Below are positions 20,355 through 29,603 of a stretch of DNA of 64,000 bases, piece after piece. Below the pieces are notes generated by a model. The model searched no databases. It saw nothing but the letters and a program-made list of their open reading frames with translations, and had not been told where the DNA came from. How positions within the stretch are numbered: the first letter of the stretch is position 1; each line of letters opens with the position of its first letter. Made by a program: the position numbers and the translations under genes. The DNA is taken from NCBI GenBank assembly GCA_963807565.1, contig CAWECH010000013.1, forward strand, positions 5,246-69,245, read 5' to 3'. This stretch comes from an uncultured Alphaproteobacteria bacterium. Lineage in GTDB: Bacteria; Pseudomonadota; Alphaproteobacteria; Rhizobiales; Xanthobacteraceae.

Positions 20355-21220
20355 TGGCGGGCCTCGGCCACGACGATGCAGCGGGCGCAGCGGCGAGTTT
20401 TGAGCCGCTGCGTCCAAAGCTCATGCGCGTCGCCTACCGCATGCTCGGCTCGGTGGCCGACGCCGAGGATGCGGTGCAGGAAGCCTTCATCCGCTGGATG
20501 CGCGCCGACCGCAGCGAGGTGCGCGAGCCGGAAGCGTACTTGCGCCGGTCGGTCACGCGGCTTTGCCTCGATCAGCTCAAATCGGCGCGCCACAAGCGCG
20601 AGACCTATATCGGCCCCTGGCTTCCCGATCCTGTCGTTGAAGAGGAGCAACAGGACGACGTCACCTTGCCGCTGATGCTGGCGCTGGAACGGCTTTCGCC
20701 ACTCGAGCGCGCGGCTTTCCTGCTGCATGACGTGTTCGGACTTGAATTCGACGAGGTCGCGGCGACCATCGAGCGCGATGCCGCGGCCTGCCGGCAACTC
20801 GCCAGCCGTGCGCGCTCCCATATCCGTGAGGAGCGGCCACGCTTCCAGGTCGAGAAGCAGCGCGCGCTTGCGCTCGCCGAGGCGTTTTTCTCGGCCTCGC
20901 GCAACGGCGATATGAAAGCACTTGGCGAAATGCTCGCAGCCGACGTCAGTTCGCATGCCGACGGCGGCGGCAAGCGGCCCGCAGCCATGAACCCGATTGT
21001 CGGCTTCGCCGCCGTCATGAAGTTTCACGAGGGTCTGGCAGCTCTTTTTCGCAAGCACGGTTCGAAATTGGTGCGTGCCGGTTTTATCAACGGATTACCC
21101 GGCTTCGTCACACTGGAGGCCGACGGCGAATTGCAGACGACCGCGCTCGACATCGAAGACGGCAAGATCACTGCAATCTATATCGTGCGAAATCCGGACA
21201 AGCTGAAGCACCTGCATTAG
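20351..21220 (+). CDS. ECF sigma factor, group ECF41 (SigJ-like) with fused SnoaL-like C-terminal domain
   Basis: Sigma-2 region (AEDAVQEAFIRW) and sigma-4 region (LSPLERAAFLLHDVFGLEFDEVAATI). A ~100-aa C-terminal extension (...FINGLPGFV...KITAIYIVRNPDKL). No adjacent anti-sigma gene. Confidence 0.9.
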   Translation: MMAGLGHDDAAGAAASFEPLRPKLMRVAYRMLGSVADAEDAVQEAFIRWMRADRSEVREPEAYLRRSVTRLCLDQLKSARHKRETYIGPWLPDPVVEEEQQDDVTLPLMLALERLSPLERAAFLLHDVFGLEFDEVAATIERDAAACRQLASRARSHIREERPRFQVEKQRALALAEAFFSASRNGDMKALGEMLAADVSSHADGGGKRPAAMNPIVGFAAVMKFHEGLAALFRKHGSKLVRAGFINGLPGFVTLEADGELQTTALDIEDGKITAIYIVRNPDKLKHLH

Positions 21221-21529
21221 CGGCGTGTTTCGCGGATGTCGCTTTTCCGCCAGGGCCCTTTCTGGTGCGAATTGCGGGCTCGACCGGGCATAAAACGCGT
21301 GCCCCTCAGCTCGGAAATTTTCGTCTCCCTCGCTTGGCAAATTCAGAAGGAAACCCTCGCCTTAAACCGCCTTAGCGCATTGATTATCCTAGCAAAAATA
21401 CCCGGTTTCATTGTGTGGTCCCAGCGAATAGTCCATTCGCCCGACGTGCAATTAAAAAGGCGGCCCGGTGGACCATCTCTCCCTCATAGCAACGGGCAAA
21501 CCGCCTGGTTGAGATTTAGGAGAGATATC

Positions 21530-21784
21530 ATGACGAAGAGAACCACTTTCGCACTCGCCGCCGCGTTGATGGCCATGGGCGCAACCGCGCCAGCGTTCGC
21601 GCAGTCGTATAACCCGGGCGATGGTACCGGCAACGAGCTGCCATTTGCCTTTGGCCCCGGCGCCGTAAAGCAGCGTTCGGTGGCGATCCCGCCGGCAGGG
21701 CTGGTCGCTGAGCCCCGGCAAGTCGCCGGCGGATACGATCACCTCTATGCGTTCGCGCCTACGCCGGTTCGGCATCATCGCTAA
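21530..21784 (+). CDS. Small secreted hypothetical protein (His/Arg C-terminus)
   Basis: SD TAGGAGAG upstream. Signal peptide MTKRTTFALAAALMAMGATAPAFA|QS. The mature part begins SYNPGDGTGNELPFAFGPG and ends ...HLYAFAPTPVRHHR. Confidence 0.55.
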   Translation: MTKRTTFALAAALMAMGATAPAFAQSYNPGDGTGNELPFAFGPGAVKQRSVAIPPAGLVAEPRQVAGGYDHLYAFAPTPVRHHR

Positions 21785-22037
21785 TAGTCGGCAGTGATCA
21801 GCAATCCGCAGCGCGCCCGGTGGTGCCGCAGGTCAAACGCCTGCCGACTCCCGGGCCGCGCGGAGTGTTGAACAGACGGAGAGCGCCATGAGTTGCGCGG
21901 TTCCTTCCGCTCAAAAACTCGCAAGCGGCTTTACGCATCTTGCGGCGAGGATCGGCCTGAGCTGTTGGGCTTATGTGTCAAACCAGCAGATCAGCGAAGA
22001 ATGGCTGGCGCTTGCTCTCGCCGACGCGAAGGAGAAA

Positions 22038-23012
22038 TTAGCGCGGCGAGGTATCAGATCGAGAATTGCCCGCAGCCGCTAGTTTGGCAGGCTCGTGGGC
22101 TTCATCGTCTCCATGCGATCGTTTGTTTGCTCGCAGGAAGTCGATCAACACCCGCAGGGCGGCGGGGTTTTGCCGGCGGCTTGGATAAAACATGAAAAAA
22201 GCGCCATCCGGCGGCATCATGTTTTCTTCCAGCACGCGCACCAGCCGCCCATCTGCAAGAAATGGAGTTACATACTCCTGTATCGTGTAGGCAATGCCCA
22301 TGTCGCCGAGCACAGCACAGTTCACCACATCGGGATCGTTGGTCTCGAACGATCCGACAACGTGCTGCTCGAACGCCTTGCCGTTGGCGCTAAACTTCCA
22401 CGGCAGGAGCGCGCCGTCCGGAAGCCGAAATCGTATGCAGTTGTGGTTGGCCAGATCGGCAGGTGTTCGGGGCTGCCCGTGCTGGCTCAAGTAGCCCGGC
22501 GACGCCACCGTGATGTAGCGTATGTTTTCGCTGATGCGTACGGCCACCATGTCGCGCGGGATATAGTCACTGCGATTAAATCCCGCGTCGTATCGTCCCG
22601 CGACAATATCCATGAACTGCGTGCCAACGCTGAATTCCATGGTGATGTCCGGATATTGCTTCATGAAGCGCGCCAGCACCGGCGCCAGTATGAATTTTGC
22701 GACCGGGGGCGATACCGTCAGCCGCAGATGGCCAGCCGGCCGGTCACGAAGCTCGTTCACCGATTCAAGCGCCGCGTCAAAACCATCCAGCAGCGGCCTT
22801 ATCTGTGTAAGCAGGCGCTCTCCCACCTCGGTCAGCGACACGCTGCGCGTCGTCCGGTTCAGCAATCGCGCGCCCAGCCGCTCTTCCAGGGCATGGACGG
22901 CCTGGCTCAGCGTCGCGTTGGAAAGGCCGAGCCGCTTGGCGGCTTTGGTAAAGCTTGCCTCCTGGGCAACAGCAACAAAAACACTGAGTTGCGCAAACTG
23001 GCTTCCGCGCAT
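22038..23012 (-). CDS. LysR family transcriptional regulator
   Basis: Start at ATG 23012 (MRGSQFAQLSVFVAVAQEASFTKAAKRLGLSNATLSQAVHALEERLGARLLNRTTR), which is a canonical LysR HTH. A LysR substrate-binding domain follows. Confidence 0.9.
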   Translation of the reverse strand: MRGSQFAQLSVFVAVAQEASFTKAAKRLGLSNATLSQAVHALEERLGARLLNRTTRSVSLTEVGERLLTQIRPLLDGFDAALESVNELRDRPAGHLRLTVSPPVAKFILAPVLARFMKQYPDITMEFSVGTQFMDIVAGRYDAGFNRSDYIPRDMVAVRISENIRYITVASPGYLSQHGQPRTPADLANHNCIRFRLPDGALLPWKFSANGKAFEQHVVGSFETNDPDVVNCAVLGDMGIAYTIQEYVTPFLADGRLVRVLEENMMPPDGAFFMFYPSRRQNPAALRVLIDFLRANKRSHGDDEAHEPAKLAAAGNSRSDTSPR

Positions 23013-23333
23013 GTGTTGTCTCCGTGGGCCAACTAAGCCCTTGAGGGATGTAGGAATGGCAAGGTACGCCATCCATAGTGATAGCTGTCTTGTACGACAG
23101 CAGGCTTGCGCCGGCGTCCCATGCACTTTTAGCAGAGATGGATTTGCTCAGGCGGGCCGGCTTCGCAACAGCTTAAAGCTAACAGACTTCGATATTGCAG
23201 TTATAACGATCCGGATCGGTGCCTATTATTCGACGCCATAAACAAGTCTATTTCAAAAATCGTCCATACCGGAATTTGAGGTCGGCCACATCTCTTTCGG
23301 CAGAGCATTCAGCTCTGCATGAGGGAGAAAACC

Positions 23334-23576
23334 ATGTTTACCAAATCAAAAATCACTCTTGTTGCCGCTGCGATTGCTACAACTATCGCCGCCCCGGCGT
23401 TCGCGCAGTCGACCGATCACACCGGCACACTGTTCCCGTCCTACTACAATGGCGACGGCAAGCAGGCGTTTGGATCGTGGCAGGCGCCGGGAAGACCAGT
23501 CATTCGTCCGCAGGTGCGCAGCATCTATAATAGCACCGTGCCGCCGACCGCCAATTCGTGGGGTACTCAACGCTAA
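23334..23576 (+). CDS. Small secreted hypothetical protein
   Basis: SD GAGGGAG upstream. Signal peptide MFTKSKITLVAAAIATTIAAPAFA|QS. The mature part is TDHTGTLFPSYYNGDGKQAFGSW.... It is divergent from the LysR gene. Confidence 0.55.
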   Translation: MFTKSKITLVAAAIATTIAAPAFAQSTDHTGTLFPSYYNGDGKQAFGSWQAPGRPVIRPQVRSIYNSTVPPTANSWGTQR

Positions 23577-23613
23577 CTGTATTTCCTGAGCGCTTTGGCG
23601 CCCGAAGCTCGAG

Positions 23614-23645
23614 AAGGAGGCCTCACTCAAAGGCCTCCTTTTCTC
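23614..23645 (+). terminator. Intrinsic terminator
   Basis: 9-bp stem AAGGAGGCC-tcactcaaa-GGCCTCCTT followed by TTCTCTC. It lies between convergent genes. Confidence 0.6.
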
Positions 23646-23668
23646 TCATTCTGAAACAATGAAGCGCC

Positions 23669-24901
23669 TTAGGCCACTTTCGGACGCTGCGCCAGCGAGC
23701 CCCAGGTGAGCAGCGCAGCCGCCACAAGGATGACTGGGAACACCATGTCGTTCACCGCGGTCCAGCCGTAGTGCGCCAAGAGCGCACCGGACGCGAACGA
23801 ACCCAGCGCCATCGAGCCGAACACCAAAAAGTCGTTGAACGCCTGCACCTTGTTGCGCTCGTGCGGGTCGTGGCACTCGGTGACCAGCGTGGTGGCGCTG
23901 ATAAAGGCGAAATTCCAACCGACGCCGAGCACGGTCAGGCCGACCCAGAAATTCCAGATCGCGATACCCTCAAGTTCGATCGAGGCGGCGACGACCATCA
24001 GCGTCAGCCCGATCGCCATCATGCGGCGCACGCCGAAACGCGCGATCAGCGAGCCGGTGATGAAGCTCGGCGCATACATGCCAATGACGTGCCATTGAAT
24101 GCCGAGCGCCGCTTCGCTCACCGTGTGATTGCACATCACCATGGCGAGCGGCGCCGAAGTCATCACCATGTTCATCATGGTGTAGCTGGCGAGCCCGCAA
24201 ACCACTGCGACGAGGAATTTAGGCTGCGCCACGATCGCCGAGAGTGGCCGGCCATCAGCGAGCGAATGCGACACGTTGGGCCGCGGCACGTTGAGGAACG
24301 TCAGCACGAAGGCCGCTGCGATCGCGCACAAAGACTGAGCGATGAAGGTCGCGGCAAACAGATAGGTCGGCCAGATGTCTTTGGTGAAGATGACAAGCTG
24401 CGGTCCAAGCACGCCGGCAAACACGCCACCGGCGAGAACCCACGCCACGGCCTTGGGCCGGAACTGCGGGCTTGCGGTATCGGTCGCGGCAAAACGATAG
24501 GACTGATGCGCCGCGGCGTAGAGACCGCCGCACGCCGTCCCGGCCAGCAGCAGCCAGAACGAACCTGTGAGCACCGCCGACAACGAGATGAAGCCCGACA
24601 GCGCGCCGAAGATCGAGCCGATCTGAAGCGCGAAACGGCGGCCATACGCTTTCGATAGCGCACCAACCGGCAGCGTGCCGAGCCACATGCCGCCGACCAT
24701 GAAGCTGATCGGCAGCGTCGCCAGACTCGGATCCGGCGCCAGCATCGAAGCAATGATCGAGGTGGTCGCGACGATGACGGTGTTGTTGCCGCCGGCGAGC
24801 GCCTGCGCCACGGCAAGCACCACGGCGTTGCGGGCGGCAAGCCGATCGTCGGTGACATCGATCACCGGTTGCGCAGCGGTTGGTTCAGCGACGGCGGCCA
24901 C
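23669..24901 (-). CDS. MFS transporter
   Basis: 410 aa with about 12 predicted TM helices and an MFS-like loop motif (...LSKAYGRRFAL...). Confidence 0.88.
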   Translation of the reverse strand: MAAVAEPTAAQPVIDVTDDRLAARNAVVLAVAQALAGGNNTVIVATTSIIASMLAPDPSLATLPISFMVGGMWLGTLPVGALSKAYGRRFALQIGSIFGALSGFISLSAVLTGSFWLLLAGTACGGLYAAAHQSYRFAATDTASPQFRPKAVAWVLAGGVFAGVLGPQLVIFTKDIWPTYLFAATFIAQSLCAIAAAFVLTFLNVPRPNVSHSLADGRPLSAIVAQPKFLVAVVCGLASYTMMNMVMTSAPLAMVMCNHTVSEAALGIQWHVIGMYAPSFITGSLIARFGVRRMMAIGLTLMVVAASIELEGIAIWNFWVGLTVLGVGWNFAFISATTLVTECHDPHERNKVQAFNDFLVFGSMALGSFASGALLAHYGWTAVNDMVFPVILVAAALLTWGSLAQRPKVA

Positions 24902-24971
24902 GGGCAGAATCCTTGAAAAAGCCGTTTCTTGTAGCGGCTGCGGCTTTGCGGGGCTACACCGCCTGTGCAGA

Positions 24972-26234
24972 TCAGAAGTGCATTGCGCCGTTGTGGCGGA
25001 TCACCACCGAACGCGCCTCTTGCGGAGTTTTTGCGCCAAGTTGACCGAACGCGGCCTGGGTCTCTTCGATCAACAGGTCGATCACGTGGGAGGCGCCCTC
25101 CTCGCCGAGCGCGCCAAGCCCCCACAGAAATGCCTTGCCGGCGAACGCCGCATCGGCGCCGAGCGCGTAAGCGCGCGCCACATCGGTGCCGCTGCGCACG
25201 CCTGAATCGTAGAGCACAGTGGCGCGCTTGCCGACCTGCTTCACAATTGCCGGAAGCACATCGATCGGCGCCGGAAGCGCATCGATCTGACGGCCGCCGT
25301 GGTTCGACACGAACATGCCGTCGACGCCGAGCGAGACCGCTTTCTCGGCATCCTCCGGATGCATGACGCCTTTGACGATCAGGGTGCCTTTCCAGCGGTC
25401 GCGATATTGCGCAACTTCATCCCAGGTGAATGCGCCGCCCATCTCGCGGCGCGCGAATGCGATCATGTCGTTGATCGAGGTGTTTTCGCCGGCGTATTTG
25501 CGCAGATTGGAAAACCGCGGGATGCCGTTCTTGCGCAGCGCCATGGTCCAGGCCGGCGACATCGCCATCTGCACGATCTTTGTCAGATCGGGATTGAACG
25601 CGCCGCCAAGACCAACGACAACCTCGCGCGCCCGGGTCGTGCGCACCGGCACGTCGAGCGTGAGCATCAGTGCGTGGCAGCCGGCGTCCTGCGCGCGCTT
25701 CGCCAGATCGAAACCGATAGCGTGATTGTTTTTGGCCGCGCGATAAAGCTGAAACCAGAACACGTCGGGCGCAAGCTCGGCGATGCGCTCGATCGTCGAG
25801 CAGCCGACCGTGCCGAGCGTGTAAGGAATGCGCGCCTTCTGCGCCGCGCGGGCGAGATACTCGTCGGCGCCCGGCCAGACGATGGCGGGACCGCCCATCG
25901 GCGATACGCCAATCGGCGCGGCGTAGCGGCGGCCGAACAGCTCAACCTCGCAAGACGGCAGTGATGGCATAACGCCGTAGCGCGGCACCATCTCGACGGC
26001 GTCGAGCCCGGCCCAGTTGCGCCTGATGCCGAGATCGTCTTTGCCCGAACCGCCGTCGCAATACTCGAACGCAAAATGCGGCAGCCGGCGGCGTGCCCCG
26101 CGGCGCAGATAGTCAATGGTTGGAAAGTGCCGGTAGAGCGCCGCGTAACGCGGATTGGCGTTCTTGCCGACGTATGGCTTGGTTTCGATTTCCGGCGCGG
26201 TCGTCGCAGGCTTTAGGGCGGTTACATCGTGCAT
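24972..26234 (-). CDS. FMN-dependent alpha-hydroxy-acid dehydrogenase/oxidase (LldD/mandelate dehydrogenase family)
   Basis: ...FEYCDGGSGKDD..., ...VKGVMHPEDAEKAV..GVDGMFVSNHGGRQID..., ...DSGVRSGTDVARAYALGADA.... There is an N-terminal extension of ~40 aa. Confidence 0.9.
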   Translation of the reverse strand: MHDVTALKPATTAPEIETKPYVGKNANPRYAALYRHFPTIDYLRRGARRRLPHFAFEYCDGGSGKDDLGIRRNWAGLDAVEMVPRYGVMPSLPSCEVELFGRRYAAPIGVSPMGGPAIVWPGADEYLARAAQKARIPYTLGTVGCSTIERIAELAPDVFWFQLYRAAKNNHAIGFDLAKRAQDAGCHALMLTLDVPVRTTRAREVVVGLGGAFNPDLTKIVQMAMSPAWTMALRKNGIPRFSNLRKYAGENTSINDMIAFARREMGGAFTWDEVAQYRDRWKGTLIVKGVMHPEDAEKAVSLGVDGMFVSNHGGRQIDALPAPIDVLPAIVKQVGKRATVLYDSGVRSGTDVARAYALGADAAFAGKAFLWGLGALGEEGASHVIDLLIEETQAAFGQLGAKTPQEARSVVIRHNGAMHF

Positions 26235-26335
26235 GGCGTTTCTCTGGCGGTCTTCTTCGTGTTCCTTGGACCGCCACTATAGCGCGCCTTTGCCAGAAAT
26301 GGCTCTCCCGTCCTTCTCTTGGCGCCCGCTTAATG

Positions 26336-26581
26336 TCAGTCGGGTCGCTTCGTCACCTGCAAACGTGGCGGATGCGCCTGATCGCGGATCCCATTGCGGC
26401 CCGGTTCCGATAATGGCGGCGCAAATGGGCCGTAATATCCATATGTGTACCAGTGACGAACGCCCTGCGAGTCGAATTGCACGGGAAAGACGGCACCCTC
26501 CCAAGAGCGCGTCTGGGCAAACGCCGGCGAAACGGCAAGAACCGCAATCCCCAAGAGTCCCCAAGCCGCATTGCTGATCAT
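26336..26581 (-). CDS. Small secreted hypothetical protein
   Basis: Internal ATG 26581 gives MISNAAWGLLGIAVLAVSPAFA|QT. The mature part is RSWEGAVFPVQFDSQGVRHWYTYGYYGPF.... It starts 7 nt after the stop of the amidohydrolase gene. Confidence 0.45.
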   Translation of the reverse strand: MISNAAWGLLGIAVLAVSPAFAQTRSWEGAVFPVQFDSQGVRHWYTYGYYGPFAPPLSEPGRNGIRDQAHPPRLQVTKRPD

Positions 26582-26588
26582 CTGACCT

Positions 26589-28472
26589 CTATACCGCCCA
26601 GCAAGCGCACCCAAGCGCACCCCAGAACGATTTCAGATCAGAGATCGGCAACCGAGAGGACCATGCGGTTGCGTGGTTGTGGCCGTGAACGCCACAGGCG
26701 CCCGCACAATTGCAGAGCATCGCCAGCCGTTGCTGCGACGCCGCGCTGGCCTTTGGGTCTCGCCAAGCGCCATAGCCGCCGAACGTACGAACCGGCGACC
26801 AATCGGGCATCGGCGGAGGCACCTCGCTTTCATCGAACCTCGCGAAGTCCTCAACCGCGTAAACGACTTTGCCGCCGACCATGGTCAGGAGCGACGTCGT
26901 ATCGGCAATCTCGTCTTCGGCGCACGAGAAGTAGTCGCGATCCGGCACTATCAGGTCGGCAAACTGGCCGACCTGGATGCGGCCCTTTTTGCCTTCCTCG
27001 TTGGAGAACCAGGTGACGTTCTCGGTCCACATCCGCAGTGCGGTCTCGCGATCGAGGCAGTTGCGCGTCGGATAGATTTGCAAGCCAGAGACGGTCTTGC
27101 CGGTCACCAGCCAGGCGAGCGCCACCCACGGATTGTATGACGCGACCCGCGTCGCATCCGTCCCGGCCGATATTTTGACGCCGGCATCCATGATCCGCTT
27201 GATCGGTGGCGTCGCTTCCGCGGCGCCGAAGCCGTAACGCTCGACAAAATATTCGCCCTGATAGGCCATGCGGTGCTGAACCGCGATGCCGCCGCCCAAT
27301 GCGGCGATCCGGTCGATCGACTCGTCGGAGATCGTCTCGGCGTGATCGAAGAACCAGTTCAGACCGGCGAGCGGAATATCCTGATTGACCCGCTCGAACA
27401 CATCGAGCGCACGCGAGATCGTCTCGTCGTAAGTGGCGTGGAGACGCCACGGCCAGCGGTTCTCGGCGAGGATGCGAACGACATCCTCAAGCTCGCCCTC
27501 CATCTCCGCCGGCATATCCGGCCGCGGCTGGCGAAAATCTTCGAAGTCGGCGGCAGAAAACACCAGCATTTCGCCGGCGCCGTTGTGGCGGAAGTAATCG
27601 TTTCCTTGCTTGTATTTCGACGTCTTGGTCCAGTTCAGGAAATCGGCCTTCTCGCCCTTCGGCTTTTGCGTAAAGAGGTTGTAGGCGAGCCGCACCGTAA
27701 GCTGATTAGCGGCGTCGAGCTTTTGAATGACGGCATAGTCGTCCGGATAATTCTGAAAGCCGCCGCCGGCGTCGATCGCACCCGTCAGTCCAAGACGGTT
27801 CAACTCGCGCATGAAATGGCGGGTTGAATTGATCTGATACTCGAGCGGCAGCTTCGGTCCTTTGGCGAGCGTCGCGTAAAGGATCGCAGCGTTTGGCTTT
27901 GCCAGCAGCAATCCGGTCGGATTGCCGTTCGCGTCACGCACGATCTCGCCGGCGGGCGGCTCCGGCGTGTCCTTGGTGTAGCCGACCGCACGCAGCGCGG
28001 CGGCGTTGAGAAATGCGCGGTCATAGAGATGCAGCAGGAACACCGGCGTATCCGGAGCGACTGCATTAAGCTCTTCGATGGTCGGCAGCCGCTTCTCGGC
28101 GAATTGATGCGCGGTAAAGCCGCCGACCACGCGGACCCATTGCGGCGGCGGCGTCACCGCGACCTGACGCTTCAGCATCGCCATCGCATCGGCGAGACTG
28201 CGGATGCCGTCCCAGCGCAGCTCCATGTTGAAGTTCAGGCCGCCGCGGATGATGTGCAGGTGATTATCGATCAGGCCCGGCAGAACGCGTCGGCCCATCA
28301 GGTCGATGATCCGCGTCGACGGTCCCGCGAGCGGCATCACGTCTTCGCGATGCCCGACGGCGGTGAATACGCCGCCGGTAATTGCAACGGCGCTCGGGTT
28401 GGGATTCGAACGATCGAGCGTTGTGAACAATCCACTGTGAAGAATAACGTCGGGAGCAGCCATGACTGACAC
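26589..28472 (-). CDS. Amidohydrolase-3 family metal-dependent hydrolase (YtcJ/NfdA-like) with Cys/His-rich C-terminal tail
   Basis: ...VLPGLIDNHLHIIRGG... (HxH), ...FDHAE..., ...ISAGTDAT.... The tail is MLCNCAGACGVHGHNHATAW...FWGALGCACWAV. Confidence 0.88.
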   Translation of the reverse strand: MSVMAAPDVILHSGLFTTLDRSNPNPSAVAITGGVFTAVGHREDVMPLAGPSTRIIDLMGRRVLPGLIDNHLHIIRGGLNFNMELRWDGIRSLADAMAMLKRQVAVTPPPQWVRVVGGFTAHQFAEKRLPTIEELNAVAPDTPVFLLHLYDRAFLNAAALRAVGYTKDTPEPPAGEIVRDANGNPTGLLLAKPNAAILYATLAKGPKLPLEYQINSTRHFMRELNRLGLTGAIDAGGGFQNYPDDYAVIQKLDAANQLTVRLAYNLFTQKPKGEKADFLNWTKTSKYKQGNDYFRHNGAGEMLVFSAADFEDFRQPRPDMPAEMEGELEDVVRILAENRWPWRLHATYDETISRALDVFERVNQDIPLAGLNWFFDHAETISDESIDRIAALGGGIAVQHRMAYQGEYFVERYGFGAAEATPPIKRIMDAGVKISAGTDATRVASYNPWVALAWLVTGKTVSGLQIYPTRNCLDRETALRMWTENVTWFSNEEGKKGRIQVGQFADLIVPDRDYFSCAEDEIADTTSLLTMVGGKVVYAVEDFARFDESEVPPPMPDWSPVRTFGGYGAWRDPKASAASQQRLAMLCNCAGACGVHGHNHATAWSSRLPISDLKSFWGALGCACWAV

Positions 28473-28481
28473 CTGTCCAGA

Positions 28482-29303
28482 TCAACTCCGCAGGAAGGCG
28501 AGCAGATCGGCGTTGATCGTTTCAGCTTCCGTCGTCGGCATGCCGTGCGGAAAGCCTTTGTAGGTCTTCAGCGTGCCGTTCTTGAGCAACTTTGCCGACA
28601 GCGGCCCGGAAGCGACATAGGGCACGATCTGATCGTCCTCGCTGTGCATGACCAGCACCGGGACATTGATCTTCTTGAGGTCTTCGGTGAAATCGGTTTG
28701 CGAGAACGCGACGATGCCGTCGTAGTGCGCTTTCGCGCCGCCCATCATGCCCTGCCGCCACCAGTTCTGGATGGTCGCTTCGGCGGGCTTGCCAGTCTTG
28801 TTGTAGTTATAGAAGGGGCCGGCGGCGACATCGCGGTAGAATTGCGAGCGATTGGCCGCGAGCGCCACCTGGAAATCGTCGAATACTTTCTTCGGCAGCC
28901 CCTTCGGGTTGGCCGGTGTCTGCACCATCAGCGGCGGCACCGCACTGATGATGGCCGCCTTCGACACCCGGCTTTCGCCGTGGCGCGCAATGTAGTGCAC
29001 AACCTCGCCGCCGCCGGTGGAATGGCCGACATGAATGGCGTTCTTCAAATCGAGATGCGCCGTCACAGCGGCAAGATCGTCGGCGTAGTGATCCATGTCG
29101 TGGCCATCGCCGGTCTGCGTCGAACGGCCATGGCCGCGGCGGTCGTGCGCAATGACGCGGTATCCCTGATTGAGGAAAAACAGCATCTGCGCGTCCCAGT
29201 CATCCGCGGACAGCGGCCAGCCGTGGCTGAAGACGATGGGCTGGCCTTTGCCCCAGTCCTTGTAGAAAATCTCGATGCCATCCTTGGTCTTGACGGTGGT
29301 CAT
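28482..29303 (-). CDS. Alpha/beta hydrolase, non-haem haloperoxidase / arylesterase family
   Basis: [39 protein letters not shown]...[13 protein letters not shown]...[10 protein letters not shown]...: near-consensus for the family, with nucleophile motif GHSTGG. Confidence 0.9.
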   Translation of the reverse strand: MTTVKTKDGIEIFYKDWGKGQPIVFSHGWPLSADDWDAQMLFFLNQGYRVIAHDRRGHGRSTQTGDGHDMDHYADDLAAVTAHLDLKNAIHVGHSTGGGEVVHYIARHGESRVSKAAIISAVPPLMVQTPANPKGLPKKVFDDFQVALAANRSQFYRDVAAGPFYNYNKTGKPAEATIQNWWRQGMMGGAKAHYDGIVAFSQTDFTEDLKKINVPVLVMHSEDDQIVPYVASGPLSAKLLKNGTLKTYKGFPHGMPTTEAETINADLLAFLRS

Positions 29304-29327
29304 GAAGCATCTCCTGATTTGCCGGGA

Positions 29328-29585
29328 TCAGATGTTAAGCTTTGCTTGTGACGGCCGGGCAACGATCCGAAATATGTGATGATGGGCAAACGCCCGCGTC
29401 CAGGCAGCCCTGACAGAATGACCTGCAAGCAGGTGTTGGCCAACCGGCAAAATCTGCTCGCCGATCGATATTCCAAACAGACCGACGAGCGCGACGACCG
29501 GTGGCGCCGGCGAACGAACGCCCAGGCAGCCGTAGAAGAAACCAACAGCGATCCCTGCGGCCAAGGCTACAATATAAATTCGCAT
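29328..29585 (-). CDS. XapX-domain (DUF1427) small membrane protein
   Basis: MRIYIVALAAGIAVGFFYGCLGVRSPAPPVVALVGLFGISIGEQILPV... matches my recollection of the XapX domain core (not checked against a profile). Confidence 0.6.
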   Translation of the reverse strand: MRIYIVALAAGIAVGFFYGCLGVRSPAPPVVALVGLFGISIGEQILPVGQHLLAGHSVRAAWTRAFAHHHIFRIVARPSQAKLNI

Positions 29586-29603
29586 CGCGAATTTCTCGCT
29601 GGA

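Noticed and set aside
21888-22082. 64-codon ORF with a GGAGAG SD
   Set aside because: Its GC3 is moderate to low, it overlaps the 3' end of the LysR gene by 45 nt, and it has no recognisable features. The evidence is insufficient to call.
28385-28410. tRNA T-arm-like string GTTCGAATCC
   Set aside because: It lies inside the amidohydrolase-3 coding sequence (…RSNPNPSAV…). No acceptor or anticodon stems can be built around it.
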